Below, piece after piece: positions 12,156 to 27,929 of a stretch of 64,000 nt of DNA. The stretch comes from Eledone cirrhosa. Lineage: Eukaryota. Within the stretch, counting starts at the first letter, position 1, and each line of letters begins with the position of its first letter. The position numbers and the translations under genes were made by a program. The stretch is taken from contig OZ024741.1 of NCBI GenBank assembly GCA_964016885.1, positions 177,568,001 through 177,632,000 of the forward strand, written 5' to 3'. The notes beneath the pieces were generated by a model. It had not been told where the DNA came from. It searched no databases and worked only from the letters and a program-made list of their open reading frames with translations.

Positions 12156-12774
12156 TATATATATATATATATATATAAACATTTATGAAATATAATTTGG
12201 TGGCATTGAGTGATATGTTGTATAGAAATATGTTTAAAATATCTCAAGCTGTAATATATTTTGTAATGTGCTTAGGTAATGGATATATATATACAAATAT
12301 AATTTCAGCGACATTCGTATTTCGGCTATGGTCGAAAACAAAGCGAAACGCAATATCCTAGTTATGCTGGCAAGCGCTCCATGGACCAAATAGAGATCAG
12401 AGCAATAAACATAGGTTATAAAGGCCAAACAGACTGAGATGGTGGTCAAGAAGCCATCAACCACCTAAGCCAAAAAGACGAGGTAAGCCAAACAGGTGAA
12501 ACAAAATAAATAAAATATTTACCCGGACCTTCTGGAAAAGATGGTATAATCCAGTATATATATATATATTTGAAAAGGGTTATATATTTGAAATCAGTGG
12601 TTATAGAGAAAAGTTGAAATTGGAAATAGCACGGAAATTATATTTAAGGATCTGTTTTTCTTTTTTCCCTGTCAGTTTTTCAATAATGTCACTTTGAAGA
12701 CTCAAAGAAAGGAAGTAAGAAAAGAAAAACAGATCCTTATATATATTTTCCGTGCTATTTCCAATTTCACGTTT

Positions 12775-13946
<1,172 letters not shown>

Positions 13947-13949
<3 letters not shown>

Positions 13950-14145
13950 TGGTTACACAACAGTTAGTTCACCAAACCGAGAACAATTGTTTCACCTTAG
14001 CGGATCCTCAGCTCGTAATTGACATAGTTATACGGAACAGGAAGGACAACCGTACCTCTTCCGTATAACCATGTCCATTACGAGCTGAGGATGCGCGAAG
14101 GTGAATTGTTCTCTGTATGGTGAACTAACTGTTGTATAACCACTT
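13947..14145. repeat. Inverted pair of the pLTR seen at 12908-13015
   Basis: aagtggttacacaacagttagttcacc... / ...ggtgaactaactgttgtataaccactt; the plus-strand HHR copy (about 14081-14113) has a deletion in GAAAC. Confidence 0.85.
13978..14015 (-). ncRNA. Minimal type I hammerhead ribozyme
   Basis: CGAG-CTGAGGA-TCC(GCTAA)GGT-GAAAC-AATT-GTT-CTCG. Confidence 0.85.
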
Positions 14146-14345
14146 CTACCTAACTCCTCCCATGGACCGAGATTTTTATTTCAGTGGCTGAAAATACCTT
14201 ACTCGCGCCACTCGAATAAGATAATTATTTAAACCATATTGGGACCCTAACAGGTACTACTACTCCGGGCCAGATCATATCCAGTGTCAAGGCTCCAAAT
14301 CGGGAGTGCAGGAGCTGTAAGTAATATGGAGTTACCCCTCAGTTG

Positions 14346-14612
<267 letters not shown>

Positions 14613-15191
14613 ACACCTTGATACTGACGTGAACCAAAACATCGAGAGCTCACCGCCTGAACCACAGTAACTCCACGTTACACTCCCTGGATATATATTG
14701 TGAAAAATAGTGTGAGCGATATAAAACGTTCTATTTAAATCACGTAATATAAGGAAAATTATAAAAAAGAGTTTAGAAAGCGCACCTGATCTATATTTTT
14801 TCCGTTAAAACTCCTGCATGCTGATACACGCCAATTTGGTCGAGTCAACATTCGGCTGTTTTAACGAAAAAACAATGTAACCTAATAACAGATGTTTTGA
14901 TGATCAAAAACAGAGAAAGCAGCATTTGCTAACATCAATTTTTATACTAGTTAAAGTTAATAATTGTATACATATACCAGGTGCGGTTTCAAATACTTTT
15001 TTTATAATTTTCCTTATATATATATATATATAACAAAAATTTGTCAGTTTTCAATTTGACAAACTATCTAATGTATGTTATTACTGTAAGGTGACACACC
15101 CTTTTCGTGTGCTCTGCTTCACATTCCTAATTGTATATCGTTAACTTGGCCACAGTAAAATCTTCGATGTTACTAACCTTCCATTTGTATA

Positions 15192-15235
<44 letters not shown>

Positions 15236-15440
15236 GAAAATGCCATCATGTGAAAATATCAATTTGTTGAACTATAGCCCTCGGCGCAAATGGTGGCAAA
15301 TTTACCCAATTGTGTCAACTGACGCGATAATATTCTTGGTACATCAAATGTGATGTCTATTTCTCTCTAGCACCTGACCTTCGGTTGAGTTCTCTTTTAT
15401 CTGTTTATTAGCGCTAAGGTATCAAGGGCATCCAACATTA

Positions 15441-15488
<48 letters not shown>

Positions 15489-15514
15489 TATTATTTTTTT
15501 ATTTTTTTTTAATT

Positions 15515-15870
15515 AAAATAACAGATTAAAGTTTAAGCAAAGAATCGCTGCTTTCACCCTTAACGGGATCTTCTGAAATTAAAAAAATTGTGAACGCAGA
15601 AGTAAATATTTCGAAAAACCTTGCAACCGAATTAAAACAGGAAGACGATACTTTGGTTTGTGGAGACGTTCCCTGGCAATGAACGGAAAAGGCGAAGATA
15701 TTACGTCATTATGTGGACCGATGAAAACAATTAAACTGAAAGACAAACCATGTTTATGGTATAAATGAAGTCAAAGACTAATATTCTATTTAGGAAACCG
15801 AATGATTTTCGGCTTCAGAGTTAAGAATAATATAAATAAATTAGTAGAACAAAAATGACAGAGGATATTG
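15515..15870 (-). mobile_element. Short element family B with U4A hammerhead-like motif (15530-15580)
   Basis: Homologous to 16513-16900, 44420-44840, 49400-49592; the motif CAGAAGA-TCCC(GTTAA)GGGT-GAAAGCA...TGCTT-AAACT lies near the end that abuts the microsatellite. Confidence 0.7.
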
Positions 15871-16241
15871 AAATCAACAATCTATATATATAAAACTGTT
15901 GTTGTCTGAGTGTGTGTGTGTGTGTGTGTGTGTGTCCTCATTTTTTCAAAGTCTATACAAATCCAAATTTCTACTCCGATTGACTTCCACCTTCCATTTA
16001 TATATTCCTTGCGAAATACTAACTGCAGCGTTAATTTTCAATTTAGGCGCCGGTTATCGATCTCCGTCGAGCCCTTATAATATATGTCTGTATGCCTGTC
16101 TGTCTGCATAACGAGATTCTGACGAACACGTCATTGTTGACGTATTATATTCGCTACATTCACACACACACATATATACATATATACTTATATATACATA
16201 CAAATATATACATATATATACATATGCACACACATATATAT

Positions 16242-16295
<54 letters not shown>

Positions 16296-16308
16296 GTATA
16301 TATATGTA

Positions 16309-16339
<31 letters not shown>

Positions 16340-16437
16340 CCATATACAAACACATATACACATATATAGATATACACATAAACACATATATAAATGTACA
16401 CATACAAATATATGTATGTATATATATACACACACAG

Positions 16438-16507
<70 letters not shown>

Positions 16508-16512
16508 ATATT

Positions 16513-16900
16513 TGTTATAAGAACAGATTAAAGTTTAAGCAAAGAATCGCTGCTTTCAACATTAACGGGATCTTCTGAAATTAAAAAATGTAATCTGTCA
16601 ACGCAGAAGTAAATATTTTGAGAAACGTTGCAACTGAAGGAAAACAGGAAGACGATATGTTGGTTCGTGAGACGTTCCTTGGTAACGAAACGGAAAAAAA
16701 GCGACGGTAATACGTCGTTATGTGGACCGAGAAGAACAATTTCATGCAAAGACAAGACCAAGTTTATGGTATAAATGGAGTCGTTAGACTAATATTCTAT
16801 TTAAAATAACTGAATGGCTTCCAGCCCCGGAGTTTAAGAATGATGTAAATAAAAGTGAAAACGAAAATGACAGAGGTTATTAAAATAGTAAAAGCAAATA
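16513..16900 (-). mobile_element. Family B copy (HHR-like motif 16532-16582)
   Basis: Direct similarity to 15515-15870 over more than 300 bp. Confidence 0.7.
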
Positions 16901-18039
16901 GTGAAGATTTAGGTTAGTAGATACGTATGGGCCGACGGACATACACATACATATACATACGCACACACGAATACATACACACACACAAACACACACATAT
17001 ATACACACACACACACACGGACGCACGCACGCTTGCGCGCGCGCATAAGTGTGTGTATGCATTTCTACAGTATTTTCAGCAAAACTTAAGACATAAGTTA
17101 CTTATGTACTCCGGATGGTCATGGGCACTTTCATTTTTCCAGATATTGATTATCGGGTTTCCAGGCAGATAGCACCCTTCAACCGCTTCCTTGGAGTCGA
17201 CTAAAGCACTGCAGTGCAATGAAACAAAACGACAACACTTCGCAACCAATTTTCACAAAATTGACACATGGGCTACGTTTGTTCTACAGATGAATGTGAA
17301 CTCAGAATTGGCATATATTGAGTAGGGGACCCCTGGGGACAGGAATCCCCATTTGGAAAAAGCCGATGATTTTGTAAAAGTATAGTTTTCGAAGCAGCAC
17401 TGATGTATTGACATAAATGGTATACATAACTGCTTTTTAATATCCGTGCAACGCCGGGTACATCTGCTAGTAATTAAATATATCCATACACATGCATACG
17501 CGAAAACACCCGCCATGGTATGCATATACAAGCACGTACACATTAACACGTGCACACATGCAAAAACCCTAGCGACACCTGTACCCGCACACATGCGAAC
17601 GTATACACCAAATATACATTAAAAATATATACATACATGTGTGTGTATGCGTGAATACATATAATTATATAAACTTATATAAATATACACACATAAATAC
17701 GTATATAACGCACGCACACACATGCCTACAAGAAAATACACATATGTTCACTAAAGAACGTCAACCAAAACACAAAGTACACATATACACACCTTACATA
17801 CATGCGAACCCGCATATACATACAAACACAAACTACACATAACCATATATACATGTACCATTATATATAATATAATATATACATCTATAACAAATACAAG
17901 CACAAATACGTATGGGAAAGTATACGTTCCTTCACAAAACATACGGGTAATGTATACTTACCTATACAAATAAGTAATAGTATAAACAAAATATACTTAT
18001 CTACCACATTAAGACGTAAATTATCCGCGTATTGTTCGT

Positions 18040-18840
18040 AATATCCGTTAGGGTATAATGTGGGGCTGTAATACAGGAAAGTGTTATGCAGTTTATGTTT
18101 ACAAGCCGAAATTGCCTGAGATTGTTTCTTTAAGATGTGGTCATTGACGTAGAGTATTTCCAGCGCTTCAACGACGCAAAGATCGCATGGCTTTTATTTC
18201 CGTTATACAATCTAGCCGGAGCTAGGATCTCCTATATTGGGTGTGGTTGTCTTTTAGACTCCAGATATAAGCTGGAAGTGACGTCATATTCCTTCTTAAA
18301 GGGTTAAGAAAAGAATGGGTGTGCATGTAAAGACGCTGCTTGAATCTAATGGCGGTTAACCCTATGTAGACCCTACGGGACGTGGGGGTTTCGACCTTAC
18401 ATTTGTAGACAATGTTACTGGAGAGGCATTTCCCGAATAAGTGACGTTATGTGCAAGGTTAGGAGTCGTAGAGTAAGACATTTTAATGGTATTTCTATTT
18501 AAAATGTTATTATGTGTATGTGCTGAGGGGATATGCTTCTTAATAAGGGAGAGAAAGATATTAACTAATGGTGTGGCCACCTCCATATTATATGGTGGGT
18601 TATACCATATAATGCGTCGGGGTCTATTTTTCCTTGGTCCATGCTCATACCTAGCATATATGCTATCTTATCGACAAATCCATTCCGAGCAAGAGCTTCT
18701 ATAAGAATCAAACATTCATGATTTTCAGCAAACAGGTGGGGTACTTGGCTTTGATAAGTACCAATCCGTACGGAACATAGCTCTGTCAGCTTTATCTCCC
18801 CTGTTTGCTGAAAAGTTAAAGTAAGTGAGACTGTCACTAC
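18040..18840 (-). mobile_element. Degenerate Hydra-like PLE fragment (RT thumb to GIY-YIG)
   Basis: RRIIWYNPPY, ILNRNTIKMSYSTTPNL, RFKQRLYMHTHSF, YIWSLKDN, CDLCVVE in shifting minus frames. Confidence 0.8.
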
Positions 18841-18917
18841 TCTAAAACAATAGCATAAGGTCTTCGAAATGCTTTTAATTACAGCATACAGTATATTGCA
18901 AAATACACTATATATAC

Positions 18918-18973
<56 letters not shown>

Positions 18974-18974
18974 T

Positions 18975-20920
18975 TAGCACGCAGTATAACCCTTAGAATA
19001 TCGCGCCTATCTTCTAAAATATAAATGTGTTATGTACACGCTAACTACTACAATGTAGCTTTACTTAAGGCACGCTATAAAGAGACTCAAATGCATACCA
19101 GATACAAAAAATAAACAACACACTTAATATTAATAGCACCATCCACACCTATAAAAACAACAAACCTAGGACTAAACATAAGCATTGACAACAAACACGT
19201 AAATTAAAGTAACAGGATACTAATACAAAGACCAATAATAACTATAGAAGATGCAGAAATAGAAACTACTTATGGTTCAATCCAATGTTTAACTCCTCTA
19301 TAAAAACTAAGTTACCTTACACTCTCTTCAAATTAGTTGACAAGCATTTCCTTAAAATTCATAAATATCATAAAATCTCGTATAGAAAAACTATCAAACT
19401 ATCATACTCCACTGCCAACAACATAGAATCGCACATCCATAAAATTAACTATAAAAGAATTTATAATACAAGTGGCCCGCAAATAAGTACCATAACACCT
19501 AATACAAAACATAAGCATACAACATCATCGCAACCAAACACACCACAGAGCACATCACCACAATACATGAACAAACCCAATTCTCAGCCCATACATAGCA
19601 ACCTACAAAACCATATAGAAGAACCGGCTCATAGAAAAGCATCTAAATGTAACTGCCATCTACCTGACAAATGCCCTTTACAAAACAGGTACCTAGAGAC
19701 AAATATAGTATACCTATGTACTATAAATTCAGGTAGCTTAGCATGGCATTACATTGGTTCCACAGCTGGGGAGTTTAAGAAAAGGTGGTACGTACATAGA
19801 CACTCTATAACTAACAGGAATCTCTCAAAGACAACGAATCTCGCCAATAAAATTTGGCAACTTAAACATGCAAACATGGAATATAAAATCAGACGGACAA
19901 AGCTATCAAAAGCAAAGGCCTATGAAATGTGTATGTCCAACTGTGGTCTCTGTAATATGGAACTTTTCCAAATTTTAAATTACAACAAAATTCTTCTTAT
20001 CAGTAAAATTGAAAAAAAACATTTTTTGTCGACATATATCGACGACTAAATTTGAGAACTTTAGACCAGCTTAATGCCCTCTTATCTATTCCATAACCCA
20101 GATTCTACCACTTGTATCTATTATGATATCACTTTATCAACATCATCATCATTATAATTATAATTATAATTGTCATCCTCTATCAAAGAACAAAATCAAA
20201 ACCTCTGATATTTACATTCTTATTTTATATATCACTATTTTTCATTCTTTATCTTAAATTTCTCTTCCTAAATTTATTTCATCTCTGTCATTTTATGTTA
20301 TTATATAATATAACTTAAAACTAATTAATTTATTTATTTATTAAAATAACCAATACATACATAATTATGTTTAACTTTATCATATTTTCACTATTTTTTC
20401 ATATATTTTTTATATATCTATTTTAATTTTTGTTTACATTTATTCATGCAATAACGTTTATTCATCTATTTGTCCCTCTATTCTTCTCTCTATCCTACGG
20501 TATTCTTACTTATGTTTGTCTCTCATCTATATACCATCATCTTCTATATATATTCCTCTCTTTATATTTCTATCTATAATAATTTCTCCTTTTCTTCTTT
20601 CCTTTTCTTTCTTCTTTCTCCTTTCTTTCCTTTCTTTCTTTACTGTATCTATCTCCCTTTCTTCCTCCTTTTCTGTGTATATCTTTATTATTAATATTAT
20701 TATTGATGATGTAATTTGAATTTGTAAAAATGCCGGTTACATATATATGTTTGAACAATTTACGATGATCTAGTAAAGTTAACATCGTATTTAAAATTGA
20801 GTGGCACTGCTTTTTTGTGTTCAGCAATGTTTAGACAACTCTATCAGTGAAACAATTGTTAGACCACAAATAAATTCCCTTTTTTGTACTGTTGACCATG
20901 TTATTCTCCATTGCTTCAAT
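18975..20920 (+). mobile_element. 5'-truncated Hydra-like PLE with AT-rich 3' UTR and pLTR
   Basis: LWFNP, TIKLSYST, KCNCHLPDKCPLQNRYLETNIVY...YIGSTAGEFKKRWYVH...CGLCNME (ORF 19285-20049); degenerate HHR 20759-20863; (TA)n flanks. Confidence 0.85.
20759..20863 (+). ncRNA. Degenerate hammerhead with long helix II insertion
   Basis: TTT-ACGATGA-[about 80 nt incl. AACAT/ATGTT]-GAAAC-AATT-GTT-AGA. Confidence 0.45.
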
Positions 20921-20949
20921 TATATATATATATATAAATATATATATAA

Positions 20950-21210
20950 TTGGTCTTTTAATTTGATTTGCGAGATTTCTGATCTGAAAACGTGTGTTAG
21001 AACAGATAGTGTTATACTTTGGGAGGGTCACGTTGCCAGTAAAAGCATACACATTTGTTCGTTATCACATCAATTTATTATAAATTTCCGGTTGGCTGGT
21101 TGGTTCGATTACCGCCAGGTTGTTCATATATTGTCAAAGCTAATTCGTCACACATTCAGTGAACTCATCAGTGATTAGGTTTTTATTTTGTGTGTCTCTG
21201 CTATGTACCG
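20950..21210 (-). mobile_element. Short element family C with degenerate HHR (21133-21175)
   Basis: Minus strand ATCA-CTGATGA-GTTCAC(TGAATGT)GTGAC-GAAT-TAGC-TT-TGAC; homologous to 54290-54660; shared end tgttatactttgggagggtca. Confidence 0.7.
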
Positions 21211-22329
21211 TTATCCAGAGTAAAACACAATAGTTCAAAAGTGTGACACCAAGAAAAATAACTGACTGCAGTAGCTATAACAGCGATAAATACAAAAAGT
21301 TGAAGACTAACCTGGACTATCTCGAGTAGATTAGAATCGATAAAAATCTTCGACACTTTTCTGTGAGCCTAGGGTTTGCATCACAAGATGCATAATGCAT
21401 ATGCAAATCCTGCGTGTATTTCCATCATAGAACTAGAGTTACTGTCTTCGGAAAGGTTATGGTCACATGTACCCATCTGTAATTCGATCAATTGATATAA
21501 GCAATTAACCATAATTCTAAATCTGCCTGTGACTTCATGTGAGCTTTCTTAACAGAAGCGGTCAAATTGGCTGAACCTTTGGCGGTATTGTTAGAGAGTG
21601 AGAACAATTGGATACTCGCAGCCTCAAACGAAAAGCTCTCAGTTAGCCTTACTAACAAATGTAACATATTATCGAGTGTATACAAGAACCAAGGAGAATA
21701 ATAAAAGTGGGTATGAAACGAAGTTGCAGCTGCCATATAGTAGATACTAAATACTAATCAAGTTGTTTGAGGCAATCACAATACACTGAATGGATCGAAA
21801 AACTAAAAAGTATCGTCCAGAGTAGAACACAACGATGAAAATTTGTGACACCAAGAAAAACGATTGAAATTATATATATGGGGCGAAAGATCGACGTATC
21901 TAATGTATGCACTGCATGCCTTGCTGTATTTCAGGGTAAATAATTTTCGTATTATATAAAATTAATTATTGATAATTTTCACTATCCTCATATACTTGTG
22001 AAATTTTTTATTTATTTATTTTTTTTTTTTATTTGTATTTCTTGTTCCTTCATTTCCTAGGATAAATTGTAAACAAGCAACACATTTTAAGAAGTGTAAG
22101 CAGAGAAAGCCCGTGTTTACTTGACGAGGAATGAATAAAATGCATTGAATTAAGTGCTTTCCCATTTTGTCTTTGAGCAAATGAGTGTGGGAGTTAAGAG
22201 ATAAGCAAATGCAAGTAAATATTAGTTTGCTTGCTTTCCACTGACTATAAGAAAAATAATTTCTGTTTGTTTCGTTGATATATTAGTCTTTTTTTTTTAT
22301 TGAGCATGGTGTAACAGAGATAGTCAATG

Positions 22330-23310
22330 AAAATCAGAATGCGTTTTGCTTGCCTGCCAGCCGAAGCGAAGCGATACTGTTTTTATTGCCCTCTGTGGCT
22401 GAGATCAAAAACCTGCATTTTCGCTCAGATTCAGACAGGAAATGTGTATTTACTCAACTTGAAAGTTTGTTTCATTGATGATTTTTCATTATTTCGTACG
22501 CTTTTACGGTACTGTATAGTAACTATGGAAAGTTTGGTGGCATCAAATGTTCCTTTTTTTTGCTGTTTTAAGTCCACTGGAAAGCAACTTCGATTCAGTT
22601 GCATAGTAGATCAGTCGAGAAAAATCATGATTTATTGAAAAGGCAAATTCATTGTATTGAAATTTTGGCTTGTCAAGATTTATCATTTCGAGGACCCGAT
22701 GAAGCAGAAAGATGAAACATTAAGGGTACTTTTCTGGCTATATGTGAAGCAGTAGCGGAATACGCTGAAAGTTTAAGTTCCATTGTGATTTTGTGAGGAA
22801 GAATGCTAGCTCCACATGTTTTGGACTTTCAAGGGATATTCAAAACGAGATAATTAATTTCATAGCTGCTATAATTGAATGTGTAATTAAAGTATTGACA
22901 GAAACATCATTTGTTGCTGTTACGTTTCATGAGGCTATGGATCTTCGAATGAGATCTGAATAGCAATGCTTTTTGCGATTTATTGATGAGATGGAAAAGC
23001 ATCCAGAAATAATGTTTTGGATTCGTCAATGTCAGTAAAGATTGAAGAGCTGCATCGCTGATAGAAGAAGTCCGAACATGTAGCCAAAAATTCATCACAC
23101 AAACATGTGATGGAGCGAAATTCATGGCTGGGCATTTAAGCGGAGTGCAAGCAAGAATAAAGGTGTTTGGGTGCGAATGTCATATTTGTACATTTTTAAG
23201 CGTATTCACTTAATTCATTACTTTGTTAATCAGTTTCAAGTATTCGTGAAAAGCGAATTTTCTTTTAAACTTTAAAAGGAATTTAAACTTTTTTCTCAAA
23301 GTCGATGGAT
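22330..23310 (+). mobile_element. Degenerate hAT-superfamily (ZMYM1-like) transposase remnant
   Basis: SFRGPDE...KGTFL (FRGHDE...GNF motif), QNEIIN, FGFVNVS, TCDGAKFMAGHLSGVQARIK (YDGA...SGVQARI motif); many stops. Confidence 0.75.
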
Positions 23311-23329
23311 ACCCAGCCAAGCACAATTC

Positions 23330-23750
23330 ATCGTTTGACCCTCAGAAGTAGGGCAACATTGGTTTTCTCAAGATGGAAGTTAAAGCCGACTGGATAGCTC
23401 ACAGTGTGGAGAGCATTGAGCTTCTCTTCTAATTCCTGTGGTCTATGGTCTATTAGGATGATGTCATCTGCGAAGTCTAGGTGAAATGGGAGTTCACCAT
23501 CTATGTTGATACCAATGTTCTCCCATTTGCATTTGTTGATCATAGTCTCTTGTAAACAAGATGTGAATATTCATGGGGAAGAATGTTCGCCCTGTCTGGT
23601 ACCAATTTTTAACGTTATCTTGTTGCTGTCTTGGTGTAATCTGAGAGTGGTAATGATCTTTTGTAAGCCTGCTCCACTCCTTGCTTCTACAGTGCTGTGA
23701 CAAATGGGTTGAACTCAATGGAGTCAGTTACCTTTTCACAATCGACGAAA
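23330..23750 (-). mobile_element. RTE LINE RT fragment
   Basis: KWENIGINIDGELPFHLDFADDIILI...LNALHTVSYPVGFNFHLEKT. Confidence 0.8.
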
Positions 23751-25434
23751 TCAAATATATATATTTATCAGAGTGGTAGTAAATTATATGGCGCCTCCAT
23801 TGCTCAATTGTCCACTATTTTATAGTTATTGAATTAATGATAAGTCAAGATCTGAACTCACTACGAGAACTTAAATAAATATAACTTTCTTAACACAATG
23901 CAATCTATTCTGACGTCCATGGCTCGCATTCTATAATATGACATAAGCCATGTACACTCATCTGTTTATATTTATTCGTCATATTGATATTAAATTTGAC
24001 CCGGAAAGTATTTCGAGGAAAATAATATTTAAATCATTTATTAATGTCTGTTTATCTACCAGTTATTTCACTAAAGCAGGATAAATCTGAAAAGAAAATT
24101 ATATTTTTTGTGTATTCATAACTTTATATCTACTTGCACAAATAAAATAGATTGGTATTTTTTCAGTGTTGTATATTACTGAATGCCAAACTATTTTATA
24201 CATTTGAATGCTCTTAAATAATAAGCTTTACTCTTTGGTGCCTGCTTACTGAACAGGTCGTAAATATCGGAGAAGTAAGATTTAAAAACATTATTTGAAA
24301 CATGTTCACAATTGTGTTAGCAAATCTTACATACTTTCCTCCAGGAATTTACAGTTAATAACTCCAAACCCTGCACCAACATACCACGCACGTATGTACA
24401 TTTATTATGTATGTATATCTGTGAGGTCGTATGCGTGTCATAAGAATGTGCTGTGTGTTGAAAGTTCAAATAGAGCTCGACTATATAGATAGGATCTATA
24501 TGGGTGAGTAGTCCAGTAAGCCCATTATTTGACTTAATACTACAGTGCTGGTTTGGATTCTTCTCAATTACCTGGAATAAAACAAGCACCCAGCAACAAC
24601 AAATATACGAAACGCACCAAAGATTCAGAGGCTATACATAAAGTGATTAAATCAGTAAACCACACACAGGCTATGGAATATATTAACACTGTATCAAAAC
24701 AGGTATCAAATAGAACACACATCCAATATAGCAAATTATAAATTAGCACTAACGATTTATAATTTACGACTATGTACTTCACTTTATCAAACACCAAATG
24801 ATAAAAGGCAATATTCACCAAGGTTTGAACTCAGCTTGTAAACATGCCGTAAAAAAATGTTTGGCCGACACACTATCGTTTCACTTAATTCCAAAAAACT
24901 GCCACTAATAATACTCTACAAGAAAGTAATATTGAAACTCTTCTGATCAATAATAAATCAGGATCCTGTGAACCTCTGACGGAGCTACAAAATGCTTCGT
25001 CTGCTTTACTAAGTTTGTTGAAAACATGAATGTTTTTAAACTTTAAACTTCTAATTATAATACTAGACTTAAAGAACACTCCCTCGTTGGCTCAATGTGA
25101 ATTTATAGATAGGAGGAATCTATGAACTACACTACCAAATACAAAACAAAAATAGAATATGGAAATATTCTCAAACAAATAGAAGAGTGAAGGCGAAAGT
25201 AATAATTATCGCATAAAAGAAGGTTAAAATAAATAAAGATATACACACATCTAAAAGAAAATATATGCGCAAATGATAGCCAATATATCAAACAGTAAAA
25301 ACATTCAAATTCTAGCCATCTAGATTCTATCTATCCCATTCTCTCTCTCTACGTATATATATATATATATATATATATAAATATATATATACGTATATAT
25401 ACATACATATACATATATATATATATACTTATAT

Positions 25435-25549
<115 letters not shown>

Positions 25550-26036
25550 ACACCATAACATCTACTATACATAATGATTATATGTGAACCTCCATACATA
25601 TACATTTTATAAATCTTGTTACAGTTTATCATAAAGGTTATTTTATGATATAGATATTATATAGTATTTCAGGCGTTGATGATAGCCCCACATCTAATAC
25701 ATTTATTTGAAGAGGGATTGAATAGGTGCCATGAAGGTCATGCCTTAACAAAATGATTAGCAACATATCTAAAATAAAATGACGTCATGTATGAATCGAT
25801 ATACACACTCTGCATGATATATAGCAAGATCATAAGTATCGTCGACACTCTACAAAATTATTCATTGAAAATATTTCATGTTCAAATGTTTATACTTGAA
25901 CTCTGACTGGTACTTGAAGCCAATGGAAAATGTCATATTTCGTATCTAAAGTTGATGTGATTTTGTAAAGAAAAAATCGTATATAATGTAAATGTTATAT
26001 TTATATATATATATATATATAGTTTTAATATAGATG

Positions 26037-26087
26037 AGATTCTACAGGACTAGAACTGTTTCATTCTTTAGAAATCATCAGGAATCT
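26037..26087 (-). ncRNA. Type I hammerhead ribozyme with short helix III
   Basis: AGATTC-CTGATGA-T-TTC(TAAA)GAA-T-GAAACAG(ttctagtc)CT-GTA-GAATCT: 6-bp helix I, canonical core, GUA site; inside a short (TA)n-flanked element (about 26020-26260). Confidence 0.9.
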
Positions 26088-26261
26088 GGGTATCAAAAAA
26101 TAAATATTGTATTTATAGGTCTCTACAAGTGGTAGGAGAGGGTGGGGAGTGGGATGGGTGTAGGTCATTGGTTGATAGAAAAGGGAATTCATTAAAAGCT
26201 AATTCTACAAAGCTATAGTTTATTTTTATAAATGTTTGTTTTTAGAGTAACAAAGGCAGAC

Positions 26262-26310
<49 letters not shown>

Positions 26311-26312
<2 letters not shown>

Positions 26313-26460
26313 CTCAGAGGGTGTGGTAAGATACCAGGTGAATCATATCATAATGCACCAGAGTATGTGATATTTGGGTAGTAGACAACTAGATCCGAAA
26401 TGTTTGGATCTAGCTGTCGAAACGGCCAGAGCTCAGCCGTCAGGATCCAGAATCTGTTTA
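26311..26460. mobile_element. Family A related element (inverted tail joined to helix II + 3' HHR half)
   Basis: Reverse-complement tail, then GACAACTAGATCC(gaaatgttt)GGATCTAGCTGTC-GAAAC-GGC-cagagctca-GCC-GTC. Confidence 0.65.
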
Positions 26461-26509
26461 TATATATATATATATGCATATATGTATATATATTATATAT
26501 ATATACATC

Positions 26510-27800
26510 ACATACAAAGGCCTCCAACTGTAACTGCCTCCTATCGGATAAATGGAACTCTACAAGATATATTTTTTGTAGTGGTCATTTATCCGGTCAG
26601 GGACATTGAATCTAATATTGTATACCTGTCCACTACTACGTCTGGCGACCAGCTATGGTATTACATAGGTTCTACAGCTAGGGACTTCGAAAAACGATAG
26701 TATGTGCATCGGCACACCATAAAGAACTGGAGACTCAGTAACACAAAGATGCTGACCAATAAAATATTGCAGCTTGCGGATAGTAATCAAGGATATGAAA
26801 TAGGCTGTTCGAAATTATCGGATGCCAAAGCCTACATGAATGAGATGTCCAAATGTGAATTATACAATATGGAATTACCCCATATACGGCAATATAATAA
26901 GCCGCTACTAAATAGCAAAATCGACCGAAGAATGTTTCTTAGACACTTAGCCGCCAGCAAATTCTTGAATTATAAACCAAAATAAACAGGATTCGATCCA
27001 ACAACCTCACTATCTATATAAACAACATCATTCCCCAGACTTATAGCGTCTGCAAAATTGGTGCCACCGAACCACTATAACCGTTAATGGTAAATCACCT
27101 TACGAACGCAAACTATTTATAACACTTCAAAGGTTACACCATCAACAAATAGAATGCAAAAAAATAAACTCTTGACCAATCGGACGCCAGAGTAGCTGAC
27201 ACTCCCTCAGTGATTAAGTATTCCTTCTTTAGAGACACACTCTTTCAACTTCCTTTCCCTCACATATAGGATCAATCGTCCATTAAAACCACTGTCACCA
27301 TCAATCTACACCCCTACTCATTAAGCATCTATTTTTCAAAACATCGCCCAATCCACATATGCGTTTGTTATCTTTATCTTTTTGTTTCATCTTATCCCAT
27401 TTTACTACACTGTCCAGTTACCTTGTATCCGCACTAGATACTTCCTATTTTCACTTTCAACTCTACCGGTATTTGTATTTTATTTTTCTCTTTATCTTAT
27501 TGTTTTTTCATACCACTATTTTTCATGTTATTATCATTTTTTTTCATGCCATTATCGTAATACCCCACTCTTCATTAAGCTTTCCATCTTGTTATTATCC
27601 ATGTTATATTTCACGTAACTATAAATACAAATATGCTGTAGCAACTAAACCGAAATAGTATTTTGAGAATGTGGTTTGTGTAAACTGTACTTAAACTCGA
27701 AAGTCCCGGCACACTCCAGATAGCAGTTTTTAGATACACCGGACCAATGAAACATTTTGTTAATATTTTGAATACTCCCTACTGTATAGGTGAACCATTT
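26510..27800 (+). mobile_element. 5'-truncated Hydra-like PLE (GIY-YIG + 3' UTR/pLTR)
   Basis: ASNCNCLLSDK, ESNIVY...WYYIGSTARDFEKR*YVHRH...CELYNME...LLNSK; HHR at 27657-27767. Confidence 0.85.
27657..27767 (+). ncRNA. Hammerhead with U3-A8 core and long helix II insertion
   Basis: AGTATT-TTGAGAA-TGTGGT[about 70 nt]ACCAAT-GAAAC-ATTTT-GTT-AATATT. Confidence 0.6.
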
Positions 27801-27826
27801 TATTCTTCACTACTTTATATACATAT

Positions 27827-27887
<61 letters not shown>

Positions 27888-27929
27888 CACATATACATGT
27901 ATAATATGTGTTTGTGTTTAGAGTGCACT

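Noticed and set aside
16115-16146. CTGACGA followed by an ACGTCA/TGACGT hairpin
   Set aside because: GAAA and the cleavage strand are missing; at most a truncated remnant.
21212-21865. About 50-bp imperfect direct repeats around an 82-aa minus-strand ORF
   Set aside because: No recognisable domain or LTR hallmarks; could not classify.
24570-24740. Hydrophobic minus-strand ORF ending at CCAG/GTAATT as a signal-peptide exon
   Set aside because: T-rich composition explains the hydrophobicity; no supporting partner exons recognised.
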